A stretch of DNA of 64,000 nt from contig CAWEXO010000011.1 in NCBI GenBank assembly GCA_963813025.1, positions 800,001-864,000 of the forward strand, written 5' to 3'. How positions within the stretch are numbered: position 1 is the stretch's first letter; every line of letters begins with the position of its first letter. The DNA comes from an uncultured Verrucomicrobiae bacterium (GTDB taxonomy: Bacteria; Verrucomicrobiota; Verrucomicrobiia; Chthoniobacterales; JAFAMB01). Shown here piece by piece: positions 48,052 through 58,584 of the stretch. The position numbers and the translations under genes are program-made. The notes below the pieces were generated by a model, which did no database searches, was not told the origin of the DNA, and saw nothing but the letters and a program-made list of their open reading frames with translations.

Positions 48052-48841
48052 ATGCAGGCTCTGACGTGCGATTACCACACTCATCCGCAAGGTCACCGGG
48101 TAGTGCCTTACTCGCTGGAATTGCTGCAGCCCTGGATCGATCAGGCGCGCCAGAAGGGTATTGTCAGTCTCGCTTTTACTGACCACGATCGGTATCTCGC
48201 GGGCATCGATTTCGAGGTTATTGATCAAGTACGGGAACGAAATCCGGACGTGCAGATCCTGGCCGGTCTCGAGTTGGACAATGATCCGGTGACTTCGGTT
48301 GCCGGGCATCGTTGGGTCGAAAAGAACTGGGATCAATTGGATTTTGTGCTTGGCTCTGTCCACTACTTGCCTGGGGAAACGCGAGATGTTTGATGCCGCT
48401 GACCAAGCCGGCCAAATCGAGGCACGGGGCGCCGACCGCGCTTACGCGGAGTATCTTGACGAACTGGAGAAATTAATCCGCCGGGGCCGCATCGATTGCC
48501 TCGCGCATCTCGACCTAGTGAAAATCCACGGACACAGAGTGCAGCAAGGCGATACCGTCGCCCTGTTCCGTCCCATTTTGGAATTGGCAAAGCAGTCTGG
48601 ACTGGGAATAGAAGCAAGCACGGCGGGCTGGCGAAAAAAGGTGAGGGAACAATACCCGGCCGCTACTCTGCTTGCGCAGGCGGGTCGTTTGGGTTTACCG
48701 ATCACGACTGCTTCAGACGCCCACTCCCACATGCAGGTTGCGGCGGACTACGATCGGCTTTCCGCAGTGCTTTCGGGAAATGTAGGCGAGACGGTAAAGT
48801 ATTGGCGGCACCGGCCTATTTCGCCTCTCCCTCAAAGCTGA
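48052..48841 (+). CDS. PHP-family phosphatase (histidinol-phosphatase HisJ-like; frameshift at ~48379)
   Basis: DYHTH, AFTDH, GLELD, DFVLGSVH, then LAHLDLVK and SDAHS in a second frame. Confidence 0.85.
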
Positions 48842-49901
48842 AATTCGATCTGAATGGATCCCAGATATGGGCCGTATCTTGCTCCGGTGGCTGCCTTGCC
48901 GTCGAAGTATGCTGAACCAGGACCTGCTCGGATTGGCCATGTTGCACCGCGCGATTGTAGGTCAGCACGCCTTGGAGAAGCGCTTGAGCGAGCAATTGCC
49001 GGTAGGTCGGACTCGCAATCCGCGCACAATCCTGCGCATTGGTCAGAAAACCGCCTTCAATCAGGACGGCTGGGATCGTGACATCGCGCAGGACCACAAA
49101 TCGCGCGCGCTTGATGCCGCGATCGGGGGCGCCGGTTCGTATGATCAACGCCCCGTGCATCGCCGTAGCCAGAGCGATGTTCTCGGCGTCGCAACTGTTC
49201 CCGGCCGCTGGTTGAAAATCCGCAAAGGTCAAGAAAGGATCATTGGTGGAAGGCACTCCCCGCAGCGCCAGACAATAGGTCTCAATACCCCCAGCTTCCG
49301 GGTTGATCCCGAAATTAAAATGGATGCTGATGAAAAGTGCGTTGGTTTGGTGACTGGCAAAAAAGGCTCTCAGCTCAAGCGGAATGTAAACATCCGAGGC
49401 TCGGGTCATACGCACAATGAAACCTGCGTTGGCGAGTAACTCTCGCGCGCGCAGGGCGACATCGAGTGCGAAGGTCTTCTCGTTGCCCAGAAAGCTTAGG
49501 GCCCCTTGATCAAAACCGCCGTGGCCGGGATCCAGCACGACAGTGGTGACCGGAGCCGTCTGCAGATGGGCGGGCCGGAGCACCGGGTCGACAATTTTAC
49601 TGAGATCCATCCGTGAAATAAGGACTTGGTTGTCCGCGCGAAGGATCGGAAAATTCAGCACGAATTTCAGACCATTGAGATAAAGGTAACGCGAGCCGTC
49701 CGCAGTCTGGAGTTGCAGGTTGGGGCCGGACAAGAGCACGGCATCGTTAGAGTAATCGGACTTCGAGAAGCCGTAGAACCGCGCGACGTCGCTGAACGGG
49801 ATGTAATCCCGCCCGTCCTGTTTAGTCAATGTCCAATTGAAACCGAGAAGCCTGGTTCCAAGAAGCAGCAGGCAGCCGATGCAAACCAGGCAACGACGCA
49901 T
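48816..49901 (-). CDS. N-acetylmuramoyl-L-alanine amidase (Amidase_3)
   Basis: Signal peptide, VVLDPGHGG.D.GA, EK, MTR..D, FISIHFN, AVLIEGGFLTN. Confidence 0.93.
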   Translation of the reverse strand: MRRCLVCIGCLLLLGTRLLGFNWTLTKQDGRDYIPFSDVARFYGFSKSDYSNDAVLLSGPNLQLQTADGSRYLYLNGLKFVLNFPILRADNQVLISRMDLSKIVDPVLRPAHLQTAPVTTVVLDPGHGGFDQGALSFLGNEKTFALDVALRARELLANAGFIVRMTRASDVYIPLELRAFFASHQTNALFISIHFNFGINPEAGGIETYCLALRGVPSTNDPFLTFADFQPAAGNSCDAENIALATAMHGALIIRTGAPDRGIKRARFVVLRDVTIPAVLIEGGFLTNAQDCARIASPTYRQLLAQALLQGVLTYNRAVQHGQSEQVLVQHTSTARQPPEQDTAHIWDPFRSNFSFEGEAK

Positions 49902-49998
49902 TAAGGTGTGAGGATGCGCGGGTCAGGCCGGGAGATCAAGGGAAATGAGACGATGCCTTCTTGCCATCGATCCGATCTCATCCCATGTTCCGCTTCCC

Positions 49999-52602
49999 AT
50001 GAATTCTGAAATTTCGACAGCCTACGACCCGCGCGCTGTCGAGAGCAAATGGTACGATGCGTGGCTGACGCACGAAGATTTCCGGGCGGATGCAGCTTCG
50101 CCCAAACCACCGTATTCAATCGTGATCCCTCCGCCGAATGTGACGGGAGTGCTGACGCTCGGTCACGTTTTGAACACCACGATTCAGGATATCCTCGCGC
50201 GCCGTGCCCGGATGCTGGGAAAAGAGGTGCTCTGGCTGCCCGGGGTCGATCATGCGGGAATCGCCACGCAGACGGTGGTAGAGCGCGAGCTGCGCAAGCA
50301 AGGAAAGACCCGGCGCGAAATCGGACGAGACGCCTTCGTCCAGGCCGTCTGGCAATGGAAGGAAAAACAAGGCGGCATTATTATCGAACAACTCAAGAAG
50401 CTCGGGTGCTCTTGCGACTGGTCGCGTCAGCGTTTTACCATGGATCCGGAGTACTCGCGGGCAGTGCGTCAAGCCTTCATCGATCTGTACGGTAAGGGAC
50501 TGATTTATCGGGGAAAACGCATGGTGAACTGGTGCCCAGCCTCGCTGACCGCGCTGTCTGACGAGGAAGTCATCGCGACACCAACCAAGGGAATTCTTTA
50601 TTTCATGCGCTATGAGGTGGTGGAGGAGCCCGGCGTGTTTCTGGAAATTGCGACGACTCGTCCGGAGACCCTGATGGGTGATACTGCGGTTGCGGTAAAT
50701 CCGCGTGATCCTCGCTACCAGAGGTTCATTGGACAACATAGCTGGAGACCTTTTCCACGCGCGCAAATTCCGATTATCGCTGACGAGGCGATCGATCCAG
50801 AGTTTGGTACGGGCGTCTTGAAAGTGACGCCGGCACACGATGCGGCCGATTTTGCCATTGGCCAGCGACACCAGCTCGCGATCCTCGACGTGATGAATCC
50901 GGACGGCACGATGAACGAGCTGGCTGGAGGTGAGTTTGTGGGTCTGGACCGGTTCGAGGCCCGAACTGTGGCCGCCGACAAACTGCGCGAACTTGGCCTG
51001 TTGATCCGCGAAGAACCCTACGAGAATAATGTGGGTTACAGTGAACGCGCCGGGGTTCCCATCGAACCGAGGTTAAGTGAGCAATGGTTCCTGCACTATC
51101 CACAAGCGGATCGAGCATTGGCCGCGGTTGAATCTGGCCGCGTTCATTTCCGCCCGGAACGCTGGGTCAAAGTTCTCCAGCATTGGATGGAGAATTTGGA
51201 GGATTGGTGTATCAGCCGCCAACTCTGGTGGGGTCATCAAATCCCTGTTTGGTATTCGAAGAAAGATCACGCAAAACTGCACGTGGCCACAAAGCCACCG
51301 GCGGATCCGGAAAATTGGGAACAGGATCCTGACGTGCTCGACACCTGGTTTTCTTCGTGGCTCTGGCCTTTCGCCACCATGGACGAGGAAACTCGCCGAA
51401 AGTTTTATCCCACGCAGGACCTGGTGACCGCGCCAGATATCATATTTTTGTGGGTCGCGCGCATGATCATGGCGAGTCTCGAGTACACAAATCAAGAACC
51501 TTTTGCGAACGTGTTCTTTACGGGGATCATTCGCGACGCCGAAGGGCGAAAGATGTCGAAGAGTCTGGGTAATTCTCCGGACCCGCTCGAATTGATCGAT
51601 AAGTACGGAGCGGACGGGTTGCGATTTGGTTTGCTGCGGATCGCTCCCCATGGGCAAGATATCCGCTTCGACGAAAAACAAATCGAGGAAGGGCGTAACT
51701 TCGCGAACAAACTGTGGAATGCCTGCCGGTTTCGGCAGTTGCAAGGAGGGCGGACTGCGGGCATTCAGCCGGGCCAGAAACTGTCACCGTATTCGTCATG
51801 GATTATCGATCGTTTGCAACGCACGATTGATCGGGTGGAAGGGGGGTACGCTAATTACCTATTCACCGACATCGCGCAGGCTCTCTACGAGTATGTCTGG
51901 AGCGATTTCTGCGACTGGTATCTTGAAGCCTCCAAGAGCGAGTTACAAAGCGGTTCAACCGAAATCCGGGAAAATTGTCTGGCCGTCATCGATACGGTGA
52001 TTTCCGTGATCCTGCGTTTACTGCACCCCTTCATGCCGCACTTGACCGAGGAGCTGTGGTTCCGGATGGAGTTCGGCTCTGGTACCATCCAGACGGCCTC
52101 TGTGACAAGTTTGAAGGTCCCGGTCAGCGTCGACCAGTCGGACGTTGAATTTGCCCGCGACATCTTCGCTTCGGCCACTCTGGCGAGAAATCTGCGCGCT
52201 GAATTTCAAGTTCCATCTAATCGCAAAGTTCGCCTGATCATGAAACCGGCCAGGGATGCTGATTACACCGTGCTGGCCCGGCTCATTAATGCCGATCCGT
52301 TGGACATCAACCCCGGGTTTACCGGACCACCAGGGATGCCGGTCGCCCTAACGCGGGTTGGCGAAATCTATCTTCCGCTTGAGGGCCTCATCGATCTGGG
52401 GGCGGAACGCACTCGCCTCGGAAAGGAAATCAGCAAGCTCGAGACCGAACTGGAAACGGTTCGCAAGAAGCTGGGTAACCTGAGCTTCGTCGAGCGCGCA
52501 CCTCAAGCCGTGGTCGAAGAGCATCAGCGCCGGGAACAGGAGTTTCTCAGCCGCCTGACCCAGGTAAAAGGACGGCTCGCCGCACTGGACCAATTGAGGT
52601 AG
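49999..52602 (+). CDS. valS: valine--tRNA ligase
   Basis: PPPNVTG, DHAGIATQ, ATTRPET, WCISRQLWWGH, DVLDTWFSS, KMSKS, C-terminal coiled coil. Confidence 0.98.
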   Translation: MNSEISTAYDPRAVESKWYDAWLTHEDFRADAASPKPPYSIVIPPPNVTGVLTLGHVLNTTIQDILARRARMLGKEVLWLPGVDHAGIATQTVVERELRKQGKTRREIGRDAFVQAVWQWKEKQGGIIIEQLKKLGCSCDWSRQRFTMDPEYSRAVRQAFIDLYGKGLIYRGKRMVNWCPASLTALSDEEVIATPTKGILYFMRYEVVEEPGVFLEIATTRPETLMGDTAVAVNPRDPRYQRFIGQHSWRPFPRAQIPIIADEAIDPEFGTGVLKVTPAHDAADFAIGQRHQLAILDVMNPDGTMNELAGGEFVGLDRFEARTVAADKLRELGLLIREEPYENNVGYSERAGVPIEPRLSEQWFLHYPQADRALAAVESGRVHFRPERWVKVLQHWMENLEDWCISRQLWWGHQIPVWYSKKDHAKLHVATKPPADPENWEQDPDVLDTWFSSWLWPFATMDEETRRKFYPTQDLVTAPDIIFLWVARMIMASLEYTNQEPFANVFFTGIIRDAEGRKMSKSLGNSPDPLELIDKYGADGLRFGLLRIAPHGQDIRFDEKQIEEGRNFANKLWNACRFRQLQGGRTAGIQPGQKLSPYSSWIIDRLQRTIDRVEGGYANYLFTDIAQALYEYVWSDFCDWYLEASKSELQSGSTEIRENCLAVIDTVISVILRLLHPFMPHLTEELWFRMEFGSGTIQTASVTSLKVPVSVDQSDVEFARDIFASATLARNLRAEFQVPSNRKVRLIMKPARDADYTVLARLINADPLDINPGFTGPPGMPVALTRVGEIYLPLEGLIDLGAERTRLGKEISKLETELETVRKKLGNLSFVERAPQAVVEEHQRREQEFLSRLTQVKGRLAALDQLR

Positions 52603-52659
52603 AATGCTACGGCCAATATCAGTGCTAGTGCCTGTTGTGCGCCATAAGACCTAAGCAAA

Positions 52660-52808
52660 CTCCGTACTTCGCCTGCTTTCCCTCACGACCTTGTTTTCCT
52701 GGCAGGATTCTTTGCAACGCTTCTTTTAGATCTTTCGGTGTTTTCGTTTTCCTGCCGATATGTCGAAGATTTTGAACAACGATTTGGTTGTAGCTAGGCC
52801 ACGCTGTG
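52660..52808 (-). repeat. divergent third member of the 13905/14387 element family
   Basis: Reverse complement starts cagcgtggcctagctacaaccaaa and ends aatcctgccaggaaaacaagg...agtacggag; the middle is unrelated. Confidence 0.6.
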
Positions 52809-52821
52809 GTTCCGTCTAAAG

Positions 52822-53247
52822 ATGCAGGTTCCTGGATTACGCAGTTCGTTCGAGAAAGTTGGCGCTATTGTCTTCTTTGGCCGGATGCTGGATAAGATCC
52901 GGCTCAACGCTGATGGTAAATTGCCGTCAGGCTACAATCTTGGCACGGCTGACCGCACCTTTTTCGATGCACGATGCACCGCGTTTCTCGGAGTGGAGTA
53001 CTCAGCGCTCGTCAAGCGAGTTCTGGATGGCGGTTCCGATGAAGAGGTCTTGGCTTGGTGCTTTCAGCAGGGGAGACAACCAAGTGCCGAGGAGGTCGAA
53101 GTGTGGAATGAGTTTATGATTAAGCGTGGGCTGCGGGACGTGTCCAGTGCAGAGCTCGAGCGAGTGAAGAAGGATCACGGATTCGCGGATCGACACGACA
53201 TTCAAACGTGGTTTGATTTTCATCGAGCGGATGAAGGGCAGGCTTAA
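52822..53247 (+). CDS. DUF5069 domain-containing protein
   Basis: LRS..EKVG.IV.FGRMLDKIRL...GKLP..Y, FD.RC..FLGV.Y, TWFD...DE. Confidence 0.88.
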   Translation: MQVPGLRSSFEKVGAIVFFGRMLDKIRLNADGKLPSGYNLGTADRTFFDARCTAFLGVEYSALVKRVLDGGSDEEVLAWCFQQGRQPSAEEVEVWNEFMIKRGLRDVSSAELERVKKDHGFADRHDIQTWFDFHRADEGQA

Positions 53248-55991
53248 TGTCGCAACATCTCGAAAAAATTCTCGCGCACGCCGAACGTAAGCTGGTTGTG
53301 GAGGGAAGAGGTTTCCTGCGGGAACGGTTGGCGCTCTACAAAAAATTTCTCAAGCTGGAGGAGCACCGGCTCCGGCTGAAGCACTATTCCGGGGCGGGCG
53401 GACTGGAAATTGTGCGCGACCGGGCAAACTTGCTCGACGTTGTGCTTCGGCATCTCTTCGAGGGCGCGCTGGAGCACTCGCTCTACGCTGACCAAACTCC
53501 GCCTTTCTCGCTCCTGGCAATCGGCGGGTACGGCAGAGGAGAGTTGAACCCCTACAGCGACGTCGACATTCTTTTTCTGCACGATCAGACGAAATTTTCC
53601 GCACAGGCTGCCGCTGTCGTCGAGCAGATCCTTTATATGTTGTGGGATAGCGGGTTCAAGGTCGGACATGCCACCCGATCCATCAGAGACGCGATCCACC
53701 TGGCTAACAGTGATGTTTTGACAAAAACGTCGCTCCTCGAGTCGCGTTACCTCGCCGGGGACCGCCGCTTGCACGCCAAATTCCGAACCCAGTTTTTCGA
53801 ACACTGTGTGCGCGGGCAGGTAAATCGCTATCTATCCTGGCGGCTGGAAAACCAGGAAGAGCGGCACCGGAAATACGGTGGTTCGGTGTTTATGCAGGAA
53901 CCAAACGTCAAGAATGGCTGTGGCGGACTGCGAGACTACCACAACATGCAATGGATTTCGTATTTCCGGGAAGGACAGATGAGCACCGCCAAGCTGGTAG
54001 AGGTCAAGTACATCAGCGAGAGCGACCGCCGCGCCATCGATCGAGCTTACGATTTCCTGCTCCGTGTTCGGACGGAGCTCCACTACCTGACTGGCCGTCC
54101 AGCCGACGTTGTGAGTCTCTTTTTCCAGGGACAGATCGCCAACAAGTTTGGCTATCCGCAAAAAAACATTTTGCGGCGAAGCGAAGAGTTCATGCGCGAT
54201 TACTACAAGCATGCGCGGATGATTTACTTGATTGCACAATCGGTCACGGAACGTTTTCTGTTACCGATCGATCTGGAAAGTGATCGGCGGCCGGTTTTTG
54301 GCTTCCTGGCCAAGCGGAAACTCAAAACCGAATACTTCGATGGATTTTATAGCCGCACCGTTTCCATTTTCTTCGAGAATCGCGAAATCTTTCATCGGGA
54401 TCCTTTTCGCCTGATGCGCGTTTTCCTCTATGCGCAGCAACGGGAGCTCCGGCTGAGTCCCGAGCTGCAACAACTCATTCGACGACGGACCCGGCTGGTG
54501 AATCGCACGTTTCAGTATGCCCGAGCCGCCCGGGAAACGTTTCAGGCGATTCTGTCGCGCAAAGGACAGGTGGGCCGGATCCTACGGATGATGCATGAAG
54601 TGGATTTTTTGGGCCGATACATCCCGGAGTTTGGAGAATTAACCTGCTTGGTGCAGCACGAGTTCTATCATAGTTATACGGCCGATGAGCACACTTTGGT
54701 CTGCCTGGAAAAGCTTGATTCTCTGATCGACACGAGAGATCCGAAACTGCTCGACTATCAAAAGCTCTTCCAAAACCTGGAAGATCCTTATGTGCTCTAC
54801 CTGGCACTGCTCTTGCACGATACTGGCAAAGCTTCCGGCGCCCGCCATCATTCGGAAGCCAGTGCGCTGAATGCGCAAAAAGTGGCGGCACGGCTGCAAC
54901 TTTCGCCGGAGCGGCGGCGACGGTTAATTTTTCTGGTCGATCATCACCTGACCATGTCGGAACACGCGCAGCGGCGCAATCTCGAGGACCCAGCGACTAT
55001 CGCGGACTTTGCCGACATTGTGCGGACGCAAGGAAATCTCGACAGCTTGATGCTGGTCACCCTGGCCGATGGTAAGGGAACGAGCGGTCAGAACTGGTCG
55101 GATTGGAAAGAGTCGCTCGTTTGGCAGCTCTATCATTCCACGTCGAGTTATCTGCACAGTGCCGAGGAGTTTTTCGCGCATCGCCGCATCGAACGAGAGG
55201 GACTTCGCCAGGCGGTTGCCAAACGAATGGCGCGAGACTTCGCCGAAGAGATCGAAGTCCATTTCAATTGCATGCCGGACCGATATTTCCAGAGCCACAA
55301 CGTTAATGAGATAGTCGGCCATATTCGTCTGTTTCGCAGTTTTCTGGAGACGCGCGCCAGCGATCCGGCCAACGCGTTGAGCGCCAGTATCCGTTGGCAC
55401 AGCAAACCGGACCAAGGACACAGCGAATGCTGGATTTGCACTTGGGATCGCGCGGCCCTTATGGCCAAGACTGCCGGTTCTTTTGCCACCGCTTCGATCA
55501 ACATCCTGAGTGCCGACGCTTACACCCGGACCGACAATCTGGCCTTGGGAATTTACCGGGTTTGCGACACGAATTTTCAGGCCGTTGATGAGTTGCGGGA
55601 GCAAAAAAATGTCGAGAATGTTTTAAGCAAAGCCTTGCTCAAACAGGACTTCGATTTCGGTTCGCTCCTGGCCAAGGCGCGGCGGCGAACGGCTTTCCGC
55701 CTGCCGCCAGAACTTGAGTTCCCGACAAAACTCGTCATTTCCAATGATATACACCCGGCCTATACGGTGATAGACCTCCAGGCGACTGATCGACTCGGTC
55801 TGCTCTACGATGTGCTCGGTTGCTTGTGGCGGGTCGGCATCAACATCGTGCATTCCCGGATCGCGACCGAAAAAGGAGCTGCTTTTGACAGCTTCTACGT
55901 TACCGACTTCGAGGGAAAAAAGGTGTTCGAGGAGGCGCGGTTGGATGAATTACAACGAGACCTTCTACGCGCGGCGACCGGGTATGGATAA
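53247..55991 (+). CDS. glnD: [protein-PII] uridylyltransferase
   Basis: AIGGYGRGELNPYSDVD, EPNVKNG.GGLRD, YH.YTADEH, LLHDTGK, two ACT domains. Confidence 0.96.
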   Translation: MSQHLEKILAHAERKLVVEGRGFLRERLALYKKFLKLEEHRLRLKHYSGAGGLEIVRDRANLLDVVLRHLFEGALEHSLYADQTPPFSLLAIGGYGRGELNPYSDVDILFLHDQTKFSAQAAAVVEQILYMLWDSGFKVGHATRSIRDAIHLANSDVLTKTSLLESRYLAGDRRLHAKFRTQFFEHCVRGQVNRYLSWRLENQEERHRKYGGSVFMQEPNVKNGCGGLRDYHNMQWISYFREGQMSTAKLVEVKYISESDRRAIDRAYDFLLRVRTELHYLTGRPADVVSLFFQGQIANKFGYPQKNILRRSEEFMRDYYKHARMIYLIAQSVTERFLLPIDLESDRRPVFGFLAKRKLKTEYFDGFYSRTVSIFFENREIFHRDPFRLMRVFLYAQQRELRLSPELQQLIRRRTRLVNRTFQYARAARETFQAILSRKGQVGRILRMMHEVDFLGRYIPEFGELTCLVQHEFYHSYTADEHTLVCLEKLDSLIDTRDPKLLDYQKLFQNLEDPYVLYLALLLHDTGKASGARHHSEASALNAQKVAARLQLSPERRRRLIFLVDHHLTMSEHAQRRNLEDPATIADFADIVRTQGNLDSLMLVTLADGKGTSGQNWSDWKESLVWQLYHSTSSYLHSAEEFFAHRRIEREGLRQAVAKRMARDFAEEIEVHFNCMPDRYFQSHNVNEIVGHIRLFRSFLETRASDPANALSASIRWHSKPDQGHSECWICTWDRAALMAKTAGSFATASINILSADAYTRTDNLALGIYRVCDTNFQAVDELREQKNVENVLSKALLKQDFDFGSLLAKARRRTAFRLPPELEFPTKLVISNDIHPAYTVIDLQATDRLGLLYDVLGCLWRVGINIVHSRIATEKGAAFDSFYVTDFEGKKVFEEARLDELQRDLLRAATGYG

Positions 55992-56050
55992 TGACCGATG
56001 ACCGATGTGCCAATTACCGATGGCCGATGACGGATGGCACTAACACTGAC
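55991..56050. repeat. CCGATGA heptamer repeats
   Basis: atgaccgatgaccgatg...ccgatggccgatgacggatgg; same unit as 8990-9029. Confidence 0.7.
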
Positions 56051-56064
56051 CTCGCGCTGCCCGG

Positions 56065-58584
56065 ATGCACTTCTTTCTGCAACAGGTCCTTCGTTACGCT
56101 CAGCGGCACAGGCTGCTGGCGATCATGAACGTCCTGAGCATCGCTCTGGGGGTCGCGGTCTTTCTCGCCGTCCAGATTGCTAACCGTAGCGCGGTGAGCG
56201 CTTTTGAGGCCGGCATCGATCTTGTAGCTGGACGAGCCCAACTCGAGGCGCGCGGCGACATCCCCGACCACTTGTGGCCTCACCTGCGCAAAGTGCCCGG
56301 CGTGACCGCCGCTACCCCTTTGGTTGAGGGGACGGTTACGTTGCCCGATTTTCCCGGCGAGTATCTGCACGTGATCGGTCTGGACCCGTTCACCAATGGT
56401 CCGTTTGCAACCTTCAAGATCAAGGACTGGGGCCTCGCCGCGGATGGTCAAGACTGGTTCGGTAATCCGCGGTCGATCGTGGTTCCCACCCGCTTTGCAG
56501 AAGAGCGTCACCTTAACAAAGGAGATCCGCTTCGGGTGACGCTCAACGAGCGTACCGTTGATTTAAAGATTACGGCCATTCTTGATTCGCCACAGCTCGA
56601 TGCGCATCTGGCGGCCATGGATATCGGCTGGGCTCAGGAATTGTTTGGAAAATCTGGCCAGCTGACCGCCGTGCTTTTCCGCTTGGCCGACCCGAAAAAC
56701 CCAGAAGCGGTGCAAGCGGCGATTCGCCGGTTGTTGCCTGCGGACGTCGCTGTTCAACCTCCGGACCAGCGAAACGTTCAGGTGGCGAAAATGCTGGGCG
56801 GATTCCAACTCAATCTGACCGCTTTGAGTATGGTTTCGCTGCTGGTCGGTCTCTTTCTGGTATACAACACGATCACTGCTTCAGCCGTTCGCCGGCAGCA
56901 CGAGATCGGGATCTTGCGATCGATCGGGATGAGTCGCCGACGCATTCAATGGTTATTCCTGAGCGAAGCGGCATTCTACGGTGTCGTTGGGTCTGCGCTC
57001 GGCTGCGTTCTGGGACTGGCTCTCGCCAATTATCTGGTGGAGATCGTCGCGCGAACGGTCACGAACCTGTACATCCTGACCAGGGTAGAGCATCTTTTTA
57101 TTCCATTTTTTGAGCTGCCTTTCGTCTTTGCGCTGGGTATTGCAGCAGCGCTCGCTGGCGCCTGGTTTCCAGCCCGCGCGGCCGGTAATCTGCCGCCGTT
57201 GGAAGCATTGAGCCCTGGGTTCGGTCCGACGAGGCCCCGCTGGAGAGATCTTCTCTGGATTCTGTTGAGTCTCGTCTGCGCCGGCGCCGCCTTGCTCTGC
57301 GGAATGATTGCTTTGTCAGGTTTCCGAATCGCCGGATTTGCCTCGGCGTTTTTTGTGCTGGCCGGATCATGCTTTCTCGCGCCCAGCGTTACGCGGTGGA
57401 TCGGCATCGGCGTGGCACGACTGGGGGCCCTGCCGCGCGTGGTTCGCCTGGCCGGAAACAATTTCTCTCGTTCCGTAAACCGTCACGCCATCGCCGTGGC
57501 CGCCGTCAGCGCGGCCGTTGCGATGCTCGTAAGCGTATCCATTATGATCTATTCGTTTCGGATCACGGTGACGCGCTGGGTTGACCGCCGTCTGGTCGCG
57601 GACATCTTTTTGTCACCGGCTTCCAATGAGATTGTCGGATTCGAAAATTACCTTGCTCCCGGGCTGATCCGTTTTCTTCGCACGGTGCCGGGAGTCGCTT
57701 CGCTCGATTTTTTCCGTGATATCGAGGTTCGCTGCAACGGTGAGCCGACGTCCCTCGGCGTGGTGGTTGGATCGGAACATAACGTGCCGGAATTTGTCGG
57801 CGGAAATAACCGGCAAAAGTATCAGAATTTCTTTGATCGCGACACGGTGATCATCTCAGAACCTCTGGCCACACGGAGGCATCTCCGGTCGGGAGAGAAA
57901 TTGACGATTACCACTGCGGAAGGCGATCGCTCATTCCTCGTGCAAGGTATTTTTTACGATTACACCCGGGACGCCGGTCTGGTGCTCATGCAGGCAGCCA
58001 ACTTCCAGCGCTATTGGCATGACGATCGGTATAACTCCCTGGCGATCTATCTGCAGCCCGGCAGTTCGGTTGACCAGACGATCGCATACATCCGCGAGCA
58101 CTATCCGGGTTCCGAGTATTATTCCATTCGATCCAATCGAGATCTGCGTGCGCTAATCGCAAAGATTTTCGACCAAACCTTCGCGATTACCTATATTCTC
58201 CGGGTCGTGGCCATGATCGTAGCGATCAGCGGAATTACCTTGAATCTGATCGTCCTGATCAAGGAACGCGAGCGCCAGACGGGGATGCTTCGGTCGATCG
58301 GACTTTCTCAAGCCCGTCTGGGGTTACTGGTTCTGAGCGAGTCTGGACTGGCTGGCGTGGGCGCAATCTTGCTCGGTCTGGTCGGCGGCATCGGATTGGC
58401 CTACGTTTTGACGGAGGTGATTAACAAAGCGTTCTTTGGCTGGACGCTTCCCTTAGCCTGGCCGCTCCGGGAGTTGCTTACCATTCCGCTCCTGCTCTGG
58501 CCGATCGCTCTGCTCGCCGGCTTGTTTCCTGCTTGGCAGGCGGCTCAGAAGCCCGTGATCGAACTGATTCGCGAGACGCAATGA
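56065..58584 (+). CDS. FtsX/MacB-like ABC transporter permease (duplicated architecture)
   Basis: SIALGVAVFLAV, RRQHEIGILRSIG, ERERQ.GMLRSIGLS; two periplasmic domains. Confidence 0.92.
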   Translation: MHFFLQQVLRYAQRHRLLAIMNVLSIALGVAVFLAVQIANRSAVSAFEAGIDLVAGRAQLEARGDIPDHLWPHLRKVPGVTAATPLVEGTVTLPDFPGEYLHVIGLDPFTNGPFATFKIKDWGLAADGQDWFGNPRSIVVPTRFAEERHLNKGDPLRVTLNERTVDLKITAILDSPQLDAHLAAMDIGWAQELFGKSGQLTAVLFRLADPKNPEAVQAAIRRLLPADVAVQPPDQRNVQVAKMLGGFQLNLTALSMVSLLVGLFLVYNTITASAVRRQHEIGILRSIGMSRRRIQWLFLSEAAFYGVVGSALGCVLGLALANYLVEIVARTVTNLYILTRVEHLFIPFFELPFVFALGIAAALAGAWFPARAAGNLPPLEALSPGFGPTRPRWRDLLWILLSLVCAGAALLCGMIALSGFRIAGFASAFFVLAGSCFLAPSVTRWIGIGVARLGALPRVVRLAGNNFSRSVNRHAIAVAAVSAAVAMLVSVSIMIYSFRITVTRWVDRRLVADIFLSPASNEIVGFENYLAPGLIRFLRTVPGVASLDFFRDIEVRCNGEPTSLGVVVGSEHNVPEFVGGNNRQKYQNFFDRDTVIISEPLATRRHLRSGEKLTITTAEGDRSFLVQGIFYDYTRDAGLVLMQAANFQRYWHDDRYNSLAIYLQPGSSVDQTIAYIREHYPGSEYYSIRSNRDLRALIAKIFDQTFAITYILRVVAMIVAISGITLNLIVLIKERERQTGMLRSIGLSQARLGLLVLSESGLAGVGAILLGLVGGIGLAYVLTEVINKAFFGWTLPLAWPLRELLTIPLLLWPIALLAGLFPAWQAAQKPVIELIRETQ

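Noticed and set aside
47414..48841. HNH plus PHP as an anti-phage defence system
   Set aside because: The PHP looks like a HisJ-type housekeeping phosphatase, there is no ATPase or methylase partner, and the context is core genes.
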